DNA of 64,000 nt from Longimicrobiales bacterium (lineage in GTDB: Bacteria > Gemmatimonadota > Gemmatimonadetes > Longimicrobiales > Gaopeijiaceae): assembly GCA_965219445.1 (NCBI GenBank), contig CBDCNQ010000005.1, forward strand, positions 1,536,001 to 1,600,000, read 5' to 3'. The first letter of the stretch is position 1; every line of letters begins with the position of its first letter. Of this stretch, positions 60,094-64,000 are shown one piece after another. Below the pieces are notes generated by a model. That model made no database searches, was not told the DNA's origin, and saw nothing but the letters and a program-made list of their open reading frames with translations. Position numbers and translations under genes: made by a program.

Positions 60094-61536
60094 TTAGCGC
60101 TGGCTTGCCAGGAACTGTACGACGGTTTCCAACTGACTCGCAGAGAGCTGGTTGCCGAAAATTGGAGGCATCACGCCCACGAGACTATCGAAACCCACTG
60201 ATGCGCCGGCAGCCGGATCCAGGATCGATTCTCGGATATAGTCGGCATCGATGCGTGCGCCGATCCCGTCGAACGCAGGACCCATCGGCAAACCCTGTCC
60301 GTCGAATTCGTGGCAGCTGAGGCATGCATTTGCGTTCATGATCTCGACGGGATCAGTGGACGCGGTGACAGGCGGTGCTGCGGCCGTCGCCAGAGCACCC
60401 GAGCCATCGTCGCCCACACCAATGTCTGCACCGGTTACGGTGACCTCACCGCCGATGGACTCCAGGTAAGCTACGACCGCCCAGATCTGCTGGTTCGAGA
60501 GGGAGCGGCGCATATCGGGCATGATCGGGTCGAAGCCCTCCACGAGGTAGGCGCCCGGATCTATCATCGAGGCGTAGAGGTATGCCTTGCAGTCTTCGCC
60601 GGCTACGCGATTCGCGCACCGGACGCCGACCGTGCCCGTGCCTTCGTGGTCGGTGAGAAGATTCGGAGCCCTCGTGCCCAGTCCGTGACAGGCCACGCAG
60701 CCACCCGCGCCGTTGTACAGGAGCTCTCCGGAGGACGTCAACTCCTCGGCGCTCACGTCGGAGCCGAAGCTGAGCTCCACGGGCACCTCGGACTGTACCT
60801 GCGGAATGGAATTGGCCACGAGCGTGAAGGTGGCAAGGGTGCCGATCACGACCGCGAAAATCTTGAGGTTTTCTACCAGCATCGAGCGAGCCTCGTATCC
60901 TGATTCAACTCCTGAGTCGAATCCTGACGCCGCATGGGCCACCCCCACCGGCTCTTCCAGGGGCTCAGATCCTGGGTCGAGTCCTGGCGGCCCAGGGGCC
61001 ACCCCCACCGGATCTTCCCGGAGTTCATACGGATCCTGGCCCATCAGGATGCCCCTGGCTCGCTCGAGGCGATCCGCCGCCACCGTCACGTAGATCCCGA
61101 ACTTGCCCGCACTGAACTCCGGATCGTAGACGACCATCGGTTTGATATAGGGCAGGCGGCTGCTGATGAAGAGCCCGATCACGGTGGCCAACGCACCGAA
61201 CAACACCATCATCTCGAACGCGATGACGACGTAAGCGGGAATCGAGAGGATCGGCTTTCCACCCGTGACCAATGGCCAATCCATCGAGGTAAACGACGTG
61301 AGCGCGAACCCTCCGGCAGCGCCGCAGAGCCCGCCCGCCAACGCCCACACCCTGACGGGACTCTGATCGTACCCGAGCGCCTCTTCGATTTGATGCTCGG
61401 GGTACGGCGTGTAGGCCGTGATCTTCTTGAGGCCGGCCGCCTGAAGCTCCTCGATGGCGTTCACGGCCGAATCTACGTAATCGAACGAGGCCAGGAGGCC
61501 CATCGTGCCGCTCCGACCTTCAATCAAATTCTGCAT
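60094..61536 (-). CDS. DUF3341 (ActD-like) domain fused to diheme cytochrome c
   Basis: AYTPYP.H, WPLVTGGKP, IAFEMMVLFGA, YDPEFS..KFG; then TM, CVACH..IMP and CLSCH..VMP. Start is 61536 or 61503. Confidence 0.8.
   Translation of the reverse strand: MQNLIEGRSGTMGLLASFDYVDSAVNAIEELQAAGLKKITAYTPYPEHQIEEALGYDQSPVRVWALAGGLCGAAGGFALTSFTSMDWPLVTGGKPILSIPAYVVIAFEMMVLFGALATVIGLFISSRLPYIKPMVVYDPEFSAGKFGIYVTVAADRLERARGILMGQDPYELREDPVGVAPGPPGLDPGSEPLEEPVGVAHAASGFDSGVESGYEARSMLVENLKIFAVVIGTLATFTLVANSIPQVQSEVPVELSFGSDVSAEELTSSGELLYNGAGGCVACHGLGTRAPNLLTDHEGTGTVGVRCANRVAGEDCKAYLYASMIDPGAYLVEGFDPIMPDMRRSLSNQQIWAVVAYLESIGGEVTVTGADIGVGDDGSGALATAAAPPVTASTDPVEIMNANACLSCHEFDGQGLPMGPAFDGIGARIDADYIRESILDPAAGASVGFDSLVGVMPPIFGNQLSASQLETVVQFLASQR
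60905..61018. repeat. Degenerate 60-bp tandem duplication in the fusion linker
   Basis: GGGCCACCCCCACCGG(C/A)TCTTCC at 60936-58 and 60996-61018; peptides EDPVGVAPGPPGLDPGSE / EEPVGVAHAASGFDSGVE. Confidence 0.8.
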
Positions 61537-63320
61537 CAATCGCCTGCGGCAGGAGCGAGCTCCGGCCCTCTTGGGGATACGGATGGACCCTCTGCCGCCG
61601 GCGATACAATGGGTTTCTCCGCCAACCCACCGAGCCAGAAAATGAACGCCACGAGGACGAAGAAGATCAGCACACAGGCGGAGATCACGATCGCCGCGTA
61701 CCCGAGCGCCGGCGTCGCTGCCCATTCACTGGTGTCCCGTACGACTTCCCACACATGCCAGTGCTGGCGGATTCCGCTCCGGGCGAAGCCCATGAGACCC
61801 ATCAGCCATGTGAACGTGACGGCCAGGATGAAGAGCGCGTACTGGGAACGAGGGGGCATCTGACCCCATCGGATCTCACCACGCGACACCGCGCCCCGCA
61901 TCATGAAGACATTGATCGCGACCACGCCGACGATGGTCACGAGCACCGCCAGGACCTGATAGACCGAGAAGCCGACTCGCACGATTGCGCTGACGAAGTA
62001 GCCGTACACCCCGTAGAACACAACGATGATCGTGGAGATCATGAACAAAGCCGCCTGCACCATCGTCCCCGTCCTGGCCCACGGAACCGTCGGATCCGAG
62101 TTCGCGCGCAAGTAGAGCAGGAACGAGAGGAACGTCGTCAAGATCATGATGTTTACGGCCGTGTTCTTGGCGCTCATGACGCCGAGTACTCCGAGGAAGG
62201 GGTGGTGTGTTCCACCCATTGCTGCAATCTCTTCACGGTTGGCGATCATCGTGTGCGGTGTCGCCCATACGATGACGCCAACGACCAGGACGATCAGCAT
62301 GTATTTCGTGTAGGGTGTGAAGCGCTCGGCCCCCGGGATCCGTCCCATACCGACCCACAGGTAATAGTTGCCTGCTAGGAACAGCACTCCGATCAGGAAG
62401 GCCTGGATGATCCAGAGCCAGCTCATGAACCCACCCATCAAGGTGATGCCCATCTGCTGGTTGTACTCGTAGATCTCTCGGCCGAGGTAATAGCCGGCGA
62501 AGGGCAGGACAAGGAGCGCGGAGATCGCGATCAAGTTTCCGATGTAGCCCATCCAGTCGTAGTGGGCGCGCTCCTCATCGGTCCTGGCCAGCAGGAAGCG
62601 GTAGGCCGCATAGGCGCCCACGATCGCTCCGCCGAACACGACATTGGCGATGACCCGGTGGATGTTGATGGGCATCCAGGTCGCATTCGCGAAGGCACTC
62701 CACGTCTGCACCATCGCGGGCGCGGTGTCCGGGCCAACGTCCGCTGGCGGACTCATCATGTATGTGAGCCACGAGTTGGCGATGAGCATCACCGCCGTGC
62801 CCCAGACATTCAGCAGGATCCCCAATGTCCAGTGGCCCAGTTTGGCCCGTCCCTGATTCCAGCGGTCCCAACCGTAGTAGTACAAGTAGAGAGTGAACGA
62901 CTCGAAGAAGAAGAGCCCCACGTAGAACCACATGGAGACCTCGAAGATTTCCGCAAGGTAGACCCAGAGGTTCGGGAAGATCGTGACCAGGAGGAAGGAG
63001 AGGATGGCACCCCAGATCGCCGTGGCAGAGTATGCGACGAGCAAGAGCCGTGTGAACTCCTTCGCGAGTTTATCGTACTTCGACTCCCCCCCGAACATGC
63101 CAATGGCCTCGGCGACCACCGCGAACATGGGCACGCCGAGCACGAACGCCGCGAAGAGAAGGTGGACTTGCGCCGCGACCCAGACGGCCACGCGCCCCCC
63201 AACCAAAGGAAAATCTCCGTAGGATCGGCCGGCGATTTCCTGCGCCCAGGCCACCTCGGGGAAAACGTGAAGGGCCAGCGCGGACAGGCTCATGGCCCCC
63301 AGGAGCTTCAAGCTCATCAT
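61536..63320 (-). CDS. Cytochrome bd subunit I-like ('bd-like') membrane protein
   Basis: AQVHLLFAAFVLG.P, FFFES..LY.Y.YGW, IANSW..YMMSP, NIHR..AN, MGFARSGIRQHW; ATGA-coupled to the radical SAM gene. Confidence 0.8.
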   Translation of the reverse strand: MMSLKLLGAMSLSALALHVFPEVAWAQEIAGRSYGDFPLVGGRVAVWVAAQVHLLFAAFVLGVPMFAVVAEAIGMFGGESKYDKLAKEFTRLLLVAYSATAIWGAILSFLLVTIFPNLWVYLAEIFEVSMWFYVGLFFFESFTLYLYYYGWDRWNQGRAKLGHWTLGILLNVWGTAVMLIANSWLTYMMSPPADVGPDTAPAMVQTWSAFANATWMPINIHRVIANVVFGGAIVGAYAAYRFLLARTDEERAHYDWMGYIGNLIAISALLVLPFAGYYLGREIYEYNQQMGITLMGGFMSWLWIIQAFLIGVLFLAGNYYLWVGMGRIPGAERFTPYTKYMLIVLVVGVIVWATPHTMIANREEIAAMGGTHHPFLGVLGVMSAKNTAVNIMILTTFLSFLLYLRANSDPTVPWARTGTMVQAALFMISTIIVVFYGVYGYFVSAIVRVGFSVYQVLAVLVTIVGVVAINVFMMRGAVSRGEIRWGQMPPRSQYALFILAVTFTWLMGLMGFARSGIRQHWHVWEVVRDTSEWAATPALGYAAIVISACVLIFFVLVAFIFWLGGLAEKPIVSPAAEGPSVSPRGPELAPAAGD

Positions 63321-64000
63321 CCCCTTCCTCCTCTTCTGAGAAAGAACGGAAGCTTCTTGGAGAAATCCACGGGAAGGTTGCGACGAACCTCCTCCATGAC
63401 CTCCACATCTACACGTGTGTAACCGCGGTCCTGGGCGAACTTCTCGACCCTTGCCATGACCACTCCACGAACGAAGCTCGGTACGCTGTCGATACGGGCG
63501 AGGGCCTGCGGAGACCACTCGATCACGGCGGTTGCGGCGTGCTCGGCGGAGACCGGTCCGTCGTCTGCGATCAACCGCCTGTCTGGGCCCGACCGCCCGT
63601 AGGAGACAGATCGGCGAGGCTCAATGAGGGGTGTCTCTCCAGAGGGCTCGTAGGCGCAGGAGTCATCCGGACCCATGAAGTCGCCGCTGTCGGCGTAGGC
63701 GCGAGCACGGCATCCTCCACACACCTCCCGAAACTCGCACCGTCCGCACCGTCCGCCGAGCTCGCCCGACCTGAGCTGAGTGAATATGAGCGACGACTCC
63801 CAGATTTCCTTGAAGCTCTGCGTCAACAAGTCCCCCGCGGCCACGGGCATGTAAGGACACGGGGTGACTTTGCCCTCCGGTGTGATACGCACGTAGTGGA
63901 CGCCGCATGGGCAGCGAGTCTCATAATTGAGAAGGGGAGACTCCGGATCACCCTGGACCACGTGGCGCATTATTTGAGGTTGGCACTTCGAGCGGACCAT
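63317..64000 (-). CDS. Radical SAM/SPASM protein (NirJ/AhbD-like) with C-terminal PCP_red-like domain, 5'-partial
   Basis: CPCG..Y.RITPEG.VTPCPY and CGRCEF..VCGGCRARAY...D..C; tail WSPQA.ARI..VP.FVR....ARVE.FA...G. Confidence 0.8.
   Translation of the reverse strand: MVRSKCQPQIMRHVVQGDPESPLLNYETRCPCGVHYVRITPEGKVTPCPYMPVAAGDLLTQSFKEIWESSLIFTQLRSGELGGRCGRCEFREVCGGCRARAYADSGDFMGPDDSCAYEPSGETPLIEPRRSVSYGRSGPDRRLIADDGPVSAEHAATAVIEWSPQALARIDSVPSFVRGVVMARVEKFAQDRGYTRVDVEVMEEVRRNLPVDFSKKLPFFLRRGGRG

Noticed and set aside
57647..63320. Evidence of nitrite or manganese oxidation
   Set aside because: Similar modules occur in such organisms, but no catalytic molybdopterin subunit or porin-cytochrome conduit is in the window.
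63317..63530. Chlorophyll biosynthesis (BchB)
   Set aside because: Only the small PCP_red-like tail is present, fused to a radical SAM protein; no bch genes are nearby.
1..64000. CRISPR array, tRNA, rRNA, phage or integrase genes
   Set aside because: No regularly spaced repeats, RNA gene signatures or phage/integrase motifs were seen by eye; a covariance-model scan was not possible.

Overview
High-GC bacterial chromosomal window; gene content suggests Gemmatimonadota, which is an inference. No rRNA, tRNA or CRISPR array was seen. 1-9.5 kb: housekeeping genes (epimerase, LOG, lipA, MFS, DUF2207/lemA, lpdA, amidase). ~9.6-30 kb: patchwork accessory redox/stress region with a MarR module carrying two operators, a frameshifted IS630 inserted at the RBS of a PAS-sigma54 activator, a flavin-disulfide reductase/DoxX/OsmC group, an FHA-protease, an RnfD-like+Sel1/FGE pair and several gene relics. 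30-52 kb: glcDEF, M20/GNAT/OSBS-NSAR, NAD salvage, E. coli-type frdABCD and an orphan GspE/PilB. 53-64 kb: the most interesting part, a co-oriented respiratory cluster. It runs radical SAM/SPASM, CydA-like 'bd-like' protein without cydB, DUF3341-diheme cytochrome c fusion, cytochrome c, diheme c+EB_dh protein, cupredoxin-like lipoprotein, then an A1-type cytochrome c oxidase. A 303-bp MITE sits exactly at the subunit III stop codon. Two genes (ispH and a class V aminotransferase) carry large in-frame internal deletions. All family calls rest on motif recognition by eye; no searches were run.
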